A stretch of 62,261 bases of DNA, counting the filler, from Circinaria calcarea (lineage: Eukaryota): the NCBI GenBank assembly GCA_051942165.1. It is 19 parts of 19 records of this genome, joined end to end, with 100 filler letters (N's around TTAATTAATTAA, not from the genome) between each part and the next. Parts side by side here need not be neighbours in the genome. Positions count along the whole stretch, not along the records: positions 1 to 3,194 come from JAVECS010002981.1; positions 3,295 to 6,488 come from JAVECS010002982.1; positions 6,589 to 9,780 come from JAVECS010002983.1; positions 9,881 to 13,071 come from JAVECS010002984.1; positions 13,172 to 16,359 come from JAVECS010002985.1; 14 more parts are not named here. One strand, given 5' to 3'. The notes below the pieces were generated by a model that ran no database searches, was not told where the DNA came from, and saw only the letters and a list, made by a program, of their open reading frames with translations. The position numbers and the translations under genes are program-made. Shown in pieces: positions 1 to 13,675 of the stretch. Every line of letters begins with the position of its first letter. Within the stretch, counting starts at the first letter, position 1.

Positions 1-432
1 GAGCTTGACACAGCGGCTTGGATTGAATCAAGCTTTTGCTAATCTGGAGTCGTATAGCTAGCTACGACGAAAAGAAGATTAGGGACAAACTTATTCCATT
101 TAGATCTAGATGGCAACCTCTCTATTGAAATCTCCTTGTTATACGCTCACAGGTACTCCCCCTCGTCCTCTATCCCCAACCTTTGTGGACTGATCCCTTG
201 GTAGCTACACAAGTCTTCGCTAATCAGCTAGTTCAAGTCATCGCCATAGGACTCGGTAAGCTATTCATCCTCTTCTTCCACCGTGAAGTGTTCCGAGGTA
301 CCATCCCCAACATCCTATTGTATCTCTAACAATCGCTGTAGTAGCCTGGATAATCTCATTTGGCCTGCGGACACCGGTCGTACGTTGAGATTGTTCCTGT
401 CAACCGCCAATGTTTACGTGTCGATCTCATAA

Positions 433-2246
433 TTACTTCTCGGAATCATGCACGATCTTCGTCGACTTCTCCACAACACCGTAATCCGTCTCCAGTTCCG
501 TCCTCAGCTTTATTTCTTTTTCTAAAAACACGAGCAGGAATCCCAGCCCGGCAAAGGCAATCGTAACCTGCCAAACGAGCTTGAGACAATCCGAGTACAC
601 CCCGATGATTTCGGTTTGCAGAGGACTTTGACTGGGGAACGAGTTTATAAAGGCTTTGGTCGCATGCTCGTATGCTTGGCCGCTGGAAAGAATCGATCTC
701 ACTGCGGAATCACTGATGCGAGGAGAGAGGTTGGCATATTGATTGTTAAAGACCGCTGTAGAGACTGTGATTCCCCAGATTGTTCCGAAGCTGCGAAGAA
801 CAGCCCAAGTTCCGGTTGCGGTGGCGGTGTCGGATTCTGAGAGGCCGGCTTGGGCAGCAGGAAGCAGTACACCAATCGTTAAACCGGCACCAGCCGCAAA
901 GATGATTTGGAGCACGACCCACACCGCCGTCGACGATTGAGCGTCGAGGAGGGTAAATAATCCAAGGCCCAGGATCATAAGGGCGAATCCGGCGTGGTGG
1001 ATAGGGCGATATCGACCGAACTTTTCCGCGACGCCGCCACCGACAGCGCCAAAAACCATGAGCATGACTACCAACGGCAGCAGCTGAACACCGGACCGTG
1101 CAGGCGAAGAGCCCAGAACGGCTTGGAAGTAAACCGGTAAAAAGAATACTACGCAATAAAGGAGGAAGGTGTGAAGGAAAGTAAGTATAAACGCAACTGC
1201 GGACGTCCGATTAGCAAATAGCTGTCGGGGGAGCGTCGGTTCCATGCAAAACTTGGATCTCTCGAAGAGATAGAATAGTCCCAGACCCACGAACCCAAGT
1301 ATCAATGTAAAGATGGTCCGCCACGAAGACCATGTCCATATTATCCCCGCATTCGTGAGCGCAAGCAGAATAGAAATAACCGCAAGGACAAATATGAGAT
1401 TGCCTGCAAAATCCACTCTGCTTAACTTTGCTCTCCACGTCGACCCCCTTTGGTAATTCACCTGCAGAAAGACCATGAGGAGAATGCCTGCCGCCGCACC
1501 AATAGGTAGATTTAAATAAAACACCCATCTCCACGTCGTCGTCTGGACTATAATACCCCCTAGAAAAGGCCCCAAGGCAGTTCCGACTGTCACGGCACCA
1601 AAGATGATAGCCATGACACTTCCACGCTCACGCACGGGAACGAGGTCACATACGATAAGATCCACCAGCATGGTCACGCCTCCTCCGCCAATTCCTTGCA
1701 CCGTTCGACCGGCAATCAACATTGCAATACTACTTGCTCCACCGCTAATGCCGCTCCCCAACATGAAAAAGAGGATGGCCGATAGAACAAGCCATTTCCG
1801 GCCAAAGATGTTGGCTGTTTGGCCGTAGAGGGGTTGGAAGGCGGTACTATGGTTTTGACATGGCCATATTAGCTAACTGTGAGTAAAATGTGACTGGACT
1901 GTAAAGCAAAGGGCAATTGTTCTCGTTTTTCGTACCTCGTCAGGAAGTATGAGTTCACAACCCATACGTACAGCCCTCCCCCTCCCAGATCTTGGACGAT
2001 TGTCGGCAGAGCAGTTGACACTACAGTGCCTTCGACCGTTGGCAGCAGTGCTGTGACTGAAAGCGCCGAAATCAGGGCCCAATATCGCCAAGAATTCTTG
2101 AACTTCTTGCTCGAGGCATCATTTCCCTTAGGGTCGACAAAGGCAGACGTGCCCGCAGTATCTGCATCATAAGCAGCGATGTCTTGAGATTCGGAACTCA
2201 AGCTCCTCCCGGTGAGAGTGTTCCTGTCGGCGAGTGGAGTCTCCAT
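433..2246 (-). CDS. MFS drug/toxin efflux transporter (DHA2, 14-TM type); intron 1847-1935
   Basis: Motifs EGTVVSTALPTI, QPLYGQTANIFGR, GRTVQGIGGGG, WRWVFYLNLPIG and many hydrophobic helices. GTACGA..CTAAT..TAG intron joins ORFs 1869-2246 and 433-1764. Confidence 0.95.
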
Positions 2247-3483
2247 TCAGATCGGCCAGAGGGGGCGAAGGAAAGTAGCTTTGCTCCCGAATTACTCGAA
2301 CATGTAGGAATGATGAAAGAAGTTCTTCGCCAATACAATCTCATGACTCTGTCTTTCATAATCAAAAAGTCCTGCCGACTGCAACCCCTCCCCAGGGGGT
2401 AGAACAAGGCATAAAAATCCATTATCTCCTTTACGAGACAGGGCTGGAAGCATACCGAGTAAAATACAACCGTATCGTCATCTAAAGTACAGATGGCACA
2501 CCTTCTGCGCCTTAATACCGATGACAAGCTCCTTTCCTGGTTCCACGTTAGTGATCACTGCTCGGTTACCCTAATTTGATATTACCTGCATTAGCTCGTG
2601 CTACCCTACCATAATCCTGGCCCTGCAGCTCGTAATGCAGCAGGGGAAAATCTTATCCCTGAGGCAGGTTGCACACTATCTTTAGCCAGCAAAACATGGC
2701 CCCAAGTTCTGGTCACGGTGCCGCGAGCAGAATGACTAAACATGAGTTGCTGAAGCGAGATGACTGGAACTGGCACAGCGAGATTCGGTGGCTTTTCTTT
2801 GTTTCGGGGCTTCTTTCATGGTGGCTGCGTGCTGCAGATTGTACGGCCTATTCGCTCCGCAGCACATCGACGCCCTGGAATAAACAGCGCCAAGGATTGG
2901 GTATCCCCGGTGCCAAAACAATATCGGTCGTAGGGAGTATGTTGCAAGCCGATAGAGCATTCCATATGCAAACCAAACCCCCCCCCTTGCACTGCCTTCC
3001 TTCCCTACCTTTCATTCTTACCTTCCTTCAGTGGAGCCGACGAAATGGGGTAAACCCTACATTGGTCTAAAAAAGAACACGGCAAAATGCAGTTTGACGG
3101 AAACCGTAGATGGCGATGTCCGCGTAATGAGTTAATAGGCTATCTAAGTGCTAACCCATGGTCGCACTCGTACAATCACCTCGTCTCCCTGAACNNNNNN
3201 NNNNNNNNNNNNNNNNNNNNNNNNNNNNNNNNNNNNNNTTAATTAATTAANNNNNNNNNNNNNNNNNNNNNNNNNNNNNNNNNNNNNNNNNNNNGAAAAC
3301 TGTCACCCAATTTGTGATTGGTCCTCGAATCGTAGTAGCCGAGAGTGGCGGAAGCCTCGGAAATTAAGAGTAACAGCTGCTTTCCATTATGTACGATAAC
3401 CGCGGCCTTATTGATAAGCTGCAATTCTCCATCACTAGACCTCCAGATAATAGAATAGTTGATACTACAGCGAGCTGTGTTTA

Positions 3484-4385
3484 ATGATGCCTCCCATTGC
3501 ACCGCTTTTTACACTCGCCATCGAACCCAATGGCACCGTCATCTGTACTCAACCGTTACCCAATCTTTATCTCCTCACCTTCCAGTCACCACCTGACAAT
3601 CGCATGACACCCGCCTTCTGCAAGACCTTCCTCTTAGCCCTTGACATCATCGACCACAAATTTCCGAATGGGGTTGTGGTGACCACATCTTCGATAAACA
3701 AGTTCTACAGCAATGGACTAGATTACGACTCCGCAGTCAAAACGAAAGGGTTCTTTGAAGATAGCCTATATCCCCTATGGAGGCGATTACTCACGTATGT
3801 CTATAAGCTACAGACCTACCAAAATGCCTGTAATAGTCTTGTATAACTCTGCTGACAATCTACCCGCCCAGCTACCCAATGCCGACTTTGGCTTTGATCA
3901 ACGGTCACGCCTTCGCCGCCGGTCTCATGACCGCCATGATGCACGACTACCGAATCATGAATCCTCATCGCGGTTATATCTGTCTCAACGAGCTTGACTT
4001 TGGTGCTCCTCTTAAACCACCCATGGCATCCATCTTCCGCCAGAAATTACCACGACCAGATACGTATCGTACCATGGTCCTTGAAAGCAAGCGATTCAAC
4101 GCTTTGGAAGCTCTCAAAGAAGGCATAGTGGATGGTTTAGGTGGATGGGAGGAAACCAGGGGGTTTGTGGATGAGTTGAAGTTGGTGAAGAGAGGTCAGA
4201 GTGGAGTGTACGGCATTCTCAAGGCGGAAATGTGGAGGGAAACCGTGCGATTGTTGGAAGCTGGGGAGGAAAAGGAGTCGGAGGAGAGCGCTATTCGAAG
4301 GGTGGCCAATCTTCGAAGGCATGAGGAAGAAAAGGTCCATGTTGAGCAATGGGAGAGTAAAAGGAAAGGCAGGGCCAAGCTCTAG
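3484..4385 (+). CDS. Enoyl-CoA hydratase/isomerase (crotonase; delta3-delta2 isomerase-like), peroxisomal; intron 3795-3871
   Basis: PPDNR, KFYSNGLD, YPMPTLALINGHAFAAG and LNELDFG motifs; C-terminal AKL (PTS1); GTATGT..CTGAC..CAG intron. Confidence 0.92.
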
Positions 4386-4687
4386 ATGGTGAGTTCGAAT
4401 CCTATTTGGGTCACGTTCAGAGGAATATGGGATGAGTCACATTTCAACACGATTATCCTTATCATCAGTTTCTGGGCTAATTTTTGCAGCGTAAAACGGC
4501 CACGTATAGGCCGGCACCGGGCACTAAAGCGAAGCTGTAAGCACGGCGGTGTTAGCTGCATACGCTGACGTACGGATTTATAAGATATTCCCCGAGCTTC
4601 AAGTGGATTCCTTGACTACAAGACGGACTTTGCTGCCGCATCTCCCAACCTTGGATTTTCTCATTTCCAGAAAGGTTGATTATCGTC

Positions 4688-5466
4688 ATGAACCACGACT
4701 CTCCGCACACTGCAATCAGTCTTGACTCGGCACCCACAACCACCAATTCTGGTGAACAACTCATTGTGAATAACCGTCCAGCAGCCATATCTCTTCTCTC
4801 CGATACTGAAGTTGCTGATTCGCCTCTTCTACTATCTCTAGTATCACTAATCAACGCCGCGTTTTATCATGTTCATGCACAGAGCGGTGAAGAATACCTT
4901 CGAGTCCCAACCGTTTATAATCTCCCGAACATTTTCTCGAAAACATAGGTCCCGATACCTTTACCGTCATCATTAACCAATCCTTACCTCCAGACTCAAC
5001 TTCCGCGGTACATACCCAAAACGATAACCAACAGAAAAGCAATCGTGCAATAGCAACTGCCACTGCCCGTCTGTTCAAGGGGATATCCAGCACCACATTC
5101 ACTCCTGCAAATAGCCCATTCACCCGCTCTATGCCCGCCGTACCCTTGGCACCAAACATCCAACAATGGGAACTCAAACTCATGGCCGTCGATCCCGCTC
5201 TCCAGCGGCAAGGTCTTGCCGACATTCTCCTCACCCACGTCACGGCAGAAATCAAACGTCGCGCCGCGATTCTTGAAGCAGAAAGGAAGAGGAACGGAGG
5301 CGAAGGAGAAGCGGAGGTAAGGATGATTTTGACAACGATCAAGGAGATTAAGTTTGCGTACTATGAGAAGAGGGGTTTTCACTGGACGGGGGAGAGGAAG
5401 GTGAAGAAGGGGATTTTGGGGAGTAGGAACGGGTTTACGGTTGTGGAGATGGAGAAGATATTATGA
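4688..5466 (+). pseudogene. GNAT N-acetyltransferase, disrupted by a frameshift and a TAA at 4918-4920
   Basis: WELKLMAVDPALQRQGLA acetyl-CoA motif and YYEKRGF. The 3' frame is open from 4921 but differs from the ATG-4688 frame. Confidence 0.7.
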
Positions 5467-6588
5467 GAGGGAGTAATCGATGGAGGCTTGGAGGAAAGGT
5501 GGACATGGAATCAAAATCAAAGGGTATATAGGAGATACAACTCTGACATGTAATTAGGAAAGTATACATCCACACGGTTTCCCTGTCTCTTGGAGTACCC
5601 ATATCCTTCCCCCTTTTTCCCTTCTCACTTCTCCTTTCTCTGCTCCACCCGGATCTACATCTATCATCCTCCCCTCCCCTCTCCTCTCCTCTCCCTTAAC
5701 AACAAACCAACAGTAAAAATTTCCATTCTCCTGCTCGATTTCGATTTAAAAAAAAAAGCCTGCTGCTAGTAATTCATCGCGAAAACTCCTAAATCTCTGC
5801 TCTCTTCGCCGTCTCACACCCACTTTTCACCTTTTCTCCTTTTCTCCTTCTTTCTTTCGTAACACCATATCGTCCTATTCCCCATTCCCAAATCATTCAA
5901 GTCTTCCCCATCCTCACGACTCCATCATCAAAACAAACGGCAATGATCCTCGGTTTTATCCGTTTCTGGTATAGGAAGGTTGAGGACTCGGCGGCTGTCA
6001 TCGGAGAGAGTAACGGGAAGAGGGAAGAGAGGAAAGAGTGGGAAAGGGGGTAGGAGAAGAGTCCAGTGAGGCGAAATCACGGAAGAAATCTACCAAAATT
6101 TTCGAACAAAGGAGCATGAGAGGAGGGGGATATTCGGTTCCAGGATTTGTGGATTTCAAACGACAATACTCGAAAAAGGGGTTTTAATGGACTGATCCAA
6201 CTCAACGACTCACGCACTTCATTGCAAACGGTGGAGAAACTTGTCAATTGATTTAGTATCTCATATCCAATCCTATGACATCTTGAATCCCTATCCAACT
6301 TCCAACTCAGCAACCACTCACTCATCATCCATCAACTGCCCCAGTATCAAACTCTGAATCACAAATTCCGTAACCGCCACTCTCGTCTTCCTCCTCCCCG
6401 TTCCCTCTACCCTCTTTCTCTTCTTCCCCGTACTCCCCCCTCCTCCAAAGAGAGTATTCTCCGCCTGTCTCTGACTGATCTTCTCCCCNNNNNNNNNNNN
6501 NNNNNNNNNNNNNNNNNNNNNNNNNNNNNNNNTTAATTAATTAANNNNNNNNNNNNNNNNNNNNNNNNNNNNNNNNNNNNNNNNNNNN

Positions 6589-7271
6589 TATAACTATAAC
6601 CATTGTTATAGATCGCGCGATGTCGAGTGCATTCCAGTGACTCTTTACACGGAAGACACGTTTGTAGAATATAAGAGCACCAATTTTAATAGAAGATAAT
6701 GCCATTATTTGAATATATTGAAATGCTTGAAGCAGCTAGAAACTGAATTAGTTGATAACTCTAATACTTAGGCTGCGTTAAGGGAGATTATGACGATATG
6801 CCAAAGAAATTCATAAGTTTCAAGCCCCACTGACGACTACCACACCATAAAGTGTAGAGAGGAAGAGGAAGAGAAAAGATATTCATAAACGGTCCCAGGC
6901 TTGTGCTTTCTTGATCCCAGTGTCCAACTCACCTTGCCTTCGAACGCAACACTATTATCACTAGGATTACTGGGCGTGAGATAGCCCCAAACCTCCTTCT
7001 TGACGCCTACATTCGACCAATTAGTCCGCCGGACAAGGGAAGCGGGCAGAGAAGATATACCAAGTATGCCGCATATGCCCATACCAATCACCAACATTAA
7101 AGCTGGAATCATGATCCAATCATCGGCCATCAGAGTCGCCCTTTGCTGTCGTCGCACATTGAAGCGAAGGATGACGGCCGCGATACACAATGCTGGGAGC
7201 GTACTACTCACCGCAATGACGCTCGAAGGTGCAGTTGGCCCTGAAGGTGTCTTGATGTTGGAGAGAGACAT
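6589..7271 (-). CDS. PTH11-like rhodopsin-domain integral membrane protein, 5' part (introns 7007-7060, 6736-6932; cut by contig end)
   Basis: AVILRFNVRR..LMADDWIMIPAL, then after splicing IKIGALIFYKRVF, typical of fungal rhodopsin-domain GPCR-like proteins. Confidence 0.85.
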
Positions 7272-9257
7272 GACTATCTAGCGACAATGGCTCCTTGACG
7301 AATTTGGAAGGTAGCAGAACGTAAGAGAAGAAGTTATCGTTCACAGAAGACAGAGGATCGCAGAAGCCTAGGCAGGTGGGAACGACTGATCGAAGCTGAA
7401 CCAAGCGTTCACAGCGCCAATTGGAAATGGCAGTAGATCATCATCACGCAGGGTTTATGCATGGTTGCCTTTGCCAGCTGGGTGATCAAGTATGGTTTGA
7501 AAGTTTAGCCAGGCATCTTTAACACTGCAATGCACCATCGACTCTCGCCTCGCTGAGATGTAAGTCACCCGATAGGATCTGTTGCACTCTATGACCATGG
7601 CTGTGATTCTGACTCGTTCAAGAGCGTTATCATACCTACTTTGCCAAAGCCGATGAAGATGATCCCAGGATAATCTTCTTGACATCTCATCTGCTCCATG
7701 CGTGGACTCTAACTCAGCTCTGCGCCGCGAGAAACTCAGGCTGAATCTATAAGCGTCGATACCTGGTACGTTCCAGTCCTACCTATCGGATTTGTTACTT
7801 CTCGGCTGTAAGGTTGATCTTGGAACACATGCAGTGCATGCACTGCAAACCACGAAAATTATGATGACATGACGGTGTGGTTACAAGGAATCGAGGGAAT
7901 GAGTGGGGGTAACAGGGCTAATAGGTGGGTCCAATCCTTCCCGAGCTGTAGCTATACGGGCGGGAAGTTAGTATTGAGGCCAAACGGCCGCAAATGCAGT
8001 ACATACATACTAACTCGTTCTACTACCTGTATGCGGCGTGTGTCTTGGAGTATTTGGTATCATGAACTTTAGCAGACGAAAGCAAACTTTAAGAATAACG
8101 CAACATCAAATTGCTTTGCCTCTAATTACACAGCCGCATCGATGTGAGTGGATTCGCATCCGGTACGGTAAACCCAGGGGCCCTACTACGCCTGGATCAG
8201 CTGTGCAAGCCTCAAGCCAGTAGACTGGAGACCCTCTAGGCATTTCACAAATGAAAGCGTTAGAAGGTGTTGGAAGTCATATGGCTTACCGAAGCATGTG
8301 TTGCTTAGAAGGTCCATGCTCAACACTTCCTACGCACCTTATAAAAGCACTTTTCTCGCTGCATAGATAGCTTAGTTAGTTACATACTCACATAGCATGA
8401 ATGCCACCACACATTACTGCATGCTCAACAGAAGGCGTTACGGACATGATCGTGATCCATGACCTTTTTGCGTTTTAATCTCCCCAATCGCAGCACGAAA
8501 CTACAAAATGCCCTTATCTTTTAATCAAAAAATACAAGCTCCTGCGGGAGGTTTGTGTATATCATCGAAATAACAACCCCCATCCGTTTCTCCTGCGGTT
8601 TCCTTATAATCGTTTTTGCCATCAGTGTAACAACTAACATATTCTGCATATACCGGGAGCAACACGCACAGTCCGCTGATATATAAATCAGAATATGGTA
8701 CGTTCTACTCAACCAAGTTACCAATGACGTAGGAGATCACAGGACGGGACGAGACAGGGCTTCCAGTCGAGAAAGGGTATAGCGGAATGCTCCGATGCTG
8801 CCAGGAAAACCGGCCGTTGTTTCCCCAAGGAAATCATCAGAGGAGACACGACAAAGGGGGAAGATACTTATCTTCACCGTCTATGGCAAAGCAATGAAGC
8901 AAAACGGTGTTATAAAATAACGGTGGAGAAAATGTAGCATCTTGATCTACCCCCATGCCAGCGAGATGCTTGGTGATCTCAAGTTATCAATGTACATAGC
9001 TAAGTTTCTTGGTACAAGAATTGTCTACAAATGGGGATTTGATATGCTCAATATACAGCTAAAGGTAAAGATATAATATTACGAATATAATATTAATCCA
9101 ATGACAAACTCTCGAATATGCAAACTAGAAAGCGTGTGAAGGAGCGAGGGACGTATAGGACGTAAAGGGAACCATTGGCAAATCGATCGTCTAGTGAATC
9201 CATCCAACGACGCGAGAACTCCTCCTCTATGGAACCCGGCTCAGTGGTTCCTCAAGT

Positions 9258-9780
9258 TCATACTTTGCTAATCTGCGGATCGAGAGCCCCAGAAAACGGC
9301 TTTTTCGTGCTCTTTGACCCAACGCATATCGGTTTCCGGGGCTGGCAATACCCCTCCCAGTATATAATCCCTGATTGGCCCGAGGTCGGATAAGGGGTCG
9401 TCCTCACGCAGTTGCAGTACCTGGAAGTGGCGGAACATGCTTGGATGCAGAACAGCGGGTCTGGCTTCTCCCCGCAGGTAGGTTTCGGCTCACAGGTGGT
9501 ATATCCCATGCACCCTGCATTTCCTCTTACACTGCACCTTTGGTCGGGGGCCGCTCGAAAGAATTGCCCGTCGGGTAATTGGCTATCGAAACTGGAGTTG
9601 ATGCCAGTAGCCACTCCGCTCAGTTTGACTATATCGGTTATGTTGCGTAGTAAGCTTGTGCCATTAGCAACCGATGCTATAGGTGGACCAGTTGTGTCTG
9701 TTGTCAAGCCGGTTGTAGCATAGCCTGTTGAGCCTTGGACGCATAGTGAGGAATTGCTCCATATTGCGCTTGCCGCATAA
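9258..9780 (-). CDS. Cysteine-rich, probably secreted protein, 3' part (5' end lost at contig edge)
   Basis: Thr/Ser-rich linker followed by about 10 Cys within 65 aa; frame appears open to the contig edge. Confidence 0.55.
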
Positions 9781-11161
9781 NNNNNNNNNNNNNNNNNNNN
9801 NNNNNNNNNNNNNNNNNNNNNNNNTTAATTAATTAANNNNNNNNNNNNNNNNNNNNNNNNNNNNNNNNNNNNNNNNNNNNACCCCACACCCTTCCCCCTT
9901 CCCATTCCTCCATTCTTCCATCCAAGAATCCCTAATCCTCTCACATGCATATTCTACACCGGTTCGATCTGCCTAGCAGCGTTCTTGGGATTGGGCTTAG
10001 AGTAAGGGTAGAGAAAGGGTAGAGAAAGGGGAGTGGCGGTGGTGGTGGTATGGTATGGTATAGTTTTCCTTCTCTTGAAGTGGTCTTGGGAGTTGTGGAT
10101 TGGACAGGGATCAAGGTTTTCTGGCTGCTGAGATCTTGTGCTGTTGAGGTTTATGAGCTGCTGAGGGAGGAAGACTAAAAAATAGGCGCGTGCGAGTGTT
10201 CAAAAGCAGGCGGACTCTGATAAAGTTCCAGTTAACTTAGAATTTGGTTCTACAGTACGTGGGAGGATTGGGTTTTCACGGGACATCAGTTCTTCATCTT
10301 TCGGGCACTAACTGGGCTTTTTGGGAAGCGGGAATATGTCGGTTTCGGGTTATTTGTTTGGAGATCATGCTTGGAATGTAGCAACGGGGGACAGTAGAAT
10401 AGGATAAAACAGAATAGGGATAGAACAAGGCACTAATCTGAACGCTCCTCTAGTCGCACTCTCAAAGATTCCCACATCTCCAACAAATCCACACAACTTC
10501 TACGCCCTTGTGCCAATAACGGCAACTCTAAATGAAATGAATTCTGTATATGAGCCTAAAGGCGATAGTGGCCCCGGTTAACTAGCTCCTTTTCGTACCG
10601 TACCTCCAAGTATGTTCATCTATCCTCATGGGGTAGGTAATGCTGACGGTTTAAGGATTGAAAAGGGGGAGGGGATTCGTCCTGTTTACCCTTTGATGCT
10701 TTGGACGGTGGTCTTGCTAGATGATAATATCTCTCTCTATGCTGAGAAGGTGTCTCATTGATTGAGGACTATGAACAGGCCTTTGGGATCTGGGCATACG
10801 ACGATTGAGCTTTCTCAAACAGGGAGAGGAAACAGAGGTCACGGAGTTTGTGAATTTGCACGTGGTACGCGGTTCCTTCCTTATTGGTAACTCTAGCCGA
10901 TTGTCTGTGGTATATTCCGATTAGGGCTAGAGACGGCTTTACCCCGCTATCAATTGCCTGATATAACCGCGAAGAACTGCCATATTCGGTCCAGTTACCT
11001 AGATGGAGATCACACTAGTCGCCATGAATATGGCTTAAGCCACGTGAGATTTTATAAGACTTCATCTTTCCACATCTCCCCTCCACTCTTGCTCTTCAAC
11101 ATCATCCAGTTCGTCTCTCGGAAGCGGACTCTTCCTGATCCATACATTCATCAACTGAATC

Positions 11162-12437
11162 ATGCATCCTCCTTCCTTTGTTCATAGTGTTCTTGCAGTG
11201 CTGCTCGTTATAGCAGGTACATTCGCTGCTCCCTTTTACAACTCCACGTTCAGCCAGGAGGGATTCGATAATGCTTCAGTAACATCTTCAACCGGTGGAG
11301 AAGCCGTGTGCATCACCGGCAATGTCCGAGTTACCGCGTCCACCAACGCAAACGTGAACCTCCGTATCCCCGAACCTACCAATCAGACAGAAGTCACCGA
11401 AGGTGTCGTCCAATATCTGCAGGTCAACAACGCTGGACTTGCTGTGCTTGTCAACGGCGGCCCCAGCACGGTGTCAGGAACGTACACAATCAATGCCAAA
11501 CTGTGCTTCCCCAACAGTTGGTCTCCTGGGAATTCGTCAAAGACCATTCAATTCCTGATTCACGGATTTGGATTCGACAAGTCCTATTGGGACTTTGCCA
11601 AGGGATACAGTTTCGTGGATATTGCAGCAGCAGCCGGTTATCCCACATTCTCGTATGACCGTCTAGGCGTTGGACTGTCCGACCATCCCGATCCGATTCA
11701 GGTAGTGCAAGCGCCCTTAGAAATCGAGATCGCCCACACCCTGATCCAATCCCTCCGCGTCGGGAAGTTTGCCGGGCAGAGATTTGAACGCGTCGTTGGC
11801 GTTGGCCATGCTTTTGGTTCCATCCAGGTGGTGGGTGTCACAGATCTCTATCTCGAAGACTTCGACGCGATCGTCCTGACAGGGTTTACGCTCCGTTACA
11901 ACGATATCTCACTGGCGGTAGCTGGACTTGGCAGCGCCATCGCAAGTCAAAACCAGCCTTCAAGGTTTGCAGGCCTTCCAAACGGCTATTTGGTAACCGA
12001 TACCTTGATCTCCAACCAATTCGTCAACGCTCGATTTCCCCATTTCGATCCCACACGTAAGCATATCAATCTTCCATCTCCATCCTCGGACCCAACTGAC
12101 AGAATCACACCATCTAGTCTTGGCTAAAGCTGACACAAACAAACAAACCTTCACCCTCGGCGAGATCTTCACCTTCGCCAACGGCATCGATCCCTCTCCT
12201 TCCTTTACCGGCCCAGTAGACGTCGTGGACGGGGCCAACGACTTTCTGTTCTGCCAGGGCGACTGTACCTATCCCTTAGACCAAGCCGCCGTCATTCAGC
12301 AAATTTTATATCCTGCCGCGACCAACGGGTCCGAGAGTTTCCTGGTTCCAGGGGTTGGGAGCGCGATAAGCTTGCACTATGATGCCGGGAAGGCGTACCA
12401 GCAAGTCCAGACGTTCGTGGGGAGGAATGGATTGTAA
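11162..12437 (+). CDS. Secreted alpha/beta-hydrolase-fold protein (intron 12057-12117), catalytic residues substituted
   Basis: Signal peptide; QFLIHGFGFDKSYWD and YDRLGVGLSDHPDP motifs; elbow VGVGHAFGS; GTAAGC..CTGAC..TAG intron joins ORFs in frame. Confidence 0.9.
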
Positions 12438-13022
12438 GCCAGGCGTGACGGTGAGGTGTTAGGGAAACGATACTGGTAAGAGATAGCTCCGTCTGATCTC
12501 ATTGACGGTGTTTGGCATATCATGAACTTTTAGGTCCAAAAGTACTTGCATTGTAGTTCATGCAGAGAGGCAACAATCAGACAAGAGTGTTGGTCACACT
12601 TTTCTCCCCCTGCTATAAACATCAAAAGTCCCATGACCCAAAAGAATATATGTACCCACCTAAGAAGGGAGAAGGACACCCCATCAGACCCCCGTCTCGT
12701 AGGGACATTCGGAACGAAGTATAAATTCAATATCTTGCTTAATACTCCGAAAAAAAGTAGAATTTTACTTTTTCGATTTCGATTCGATCCTTGCAAAACA
12801 TCTATCACAAAAGAGAACGGTAACAGCGGTCCAAATACCTAACCTCTGAAAGACGAACTTGTATCTAAATCCGAAGGACTACCAAAAACAAAACTGAAAA
12901 ACCCTTACCTACCTACCTTCTGTACGGGTAGATGATGTATTCGTCATCCGATTCGATTCGACACCAAGCGTTTGCTTCTGCTTCCGCCATCGCCATGTAG
13001 ACCGGTCACGACTAGTCACTGG

Positions 13023-13044
13023 TTAGATTAGATTAGATTAGATT
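13023..13044. repeat. (TTAGA)n pentanucleotide microsatellite
   Basis: ttagattagattagattagatt near the contig end. Confidence 0.85.
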
Positions 13045-13171
13045 GCGGGGGGGATTTTTAAAGGTTAAAAGNNNNNNNNNNNNNNNNNNNNNNNNNNNNN
13101 NNNNNNNNNNNNNNNTTAATTAATTAANNNNNNNNNNNNNNNNNNNNNNNNNNNNNNNNNNNNNNNNNNNN

Positions 13172-13675
13172 CCTGATCGCGATAAGATCATGCTGGTGGA
13201 CATAGTCCCACGCAGCACGATCCAGACCTATAAGCGGACGCCGCTCTTCAAGGAATTTCCGGAGTTCTTTCAAACTGTTCTCGTCCGGACAGTCGAGCTT
13301 AGAGAGTTTGACTTGCTGGAAAACGCATTCGTCTATCGACCAATCAGCCACAACACCATGAACAAATGGGCCTGCAGGCCTGCGCTTACTATACTCTTTG
13401 AGCTTTGCGCGAATTTGAAGCACTTTTTCCCATTGCTTCTCATCGCCATTGCCGATTGGTTTACTAAGGAATACCCAGTCTTGAGCAAAGTCGCTCCGAA
13501 AGGGGATATCCGACTTGGCATCTTTGTCTGCAATATCCTGCAGCTCCGACTCCAACTCTGTTAACTCTGCTTGGAGATACAGTAGGTTCAATGAGTTAAG
13601 CATCCCAAACCTTCGCGAGATTCCCATTTCGAAATAACGGCCCATTACTGAAGCGAGTTCTGGGTAGCCTTCCAT
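13172..13675 (-). CDS. DUF6594-domain protein, 5' part (in-frame intron 13333-13389; cut by contig edge)
   Basis: GYPELA...RRFGMLNSLNLLYLQAELTELE...IRAKLKEY(N) and DLIAI signature. Confidence 0.88.

Noticed and set aside
4386..4410. GAGTTCGAATCC tRNA T-loop/B-box-like motif
   Set aside because: No cloverleaf stems; it lies immediately after the isomerase stop codon.
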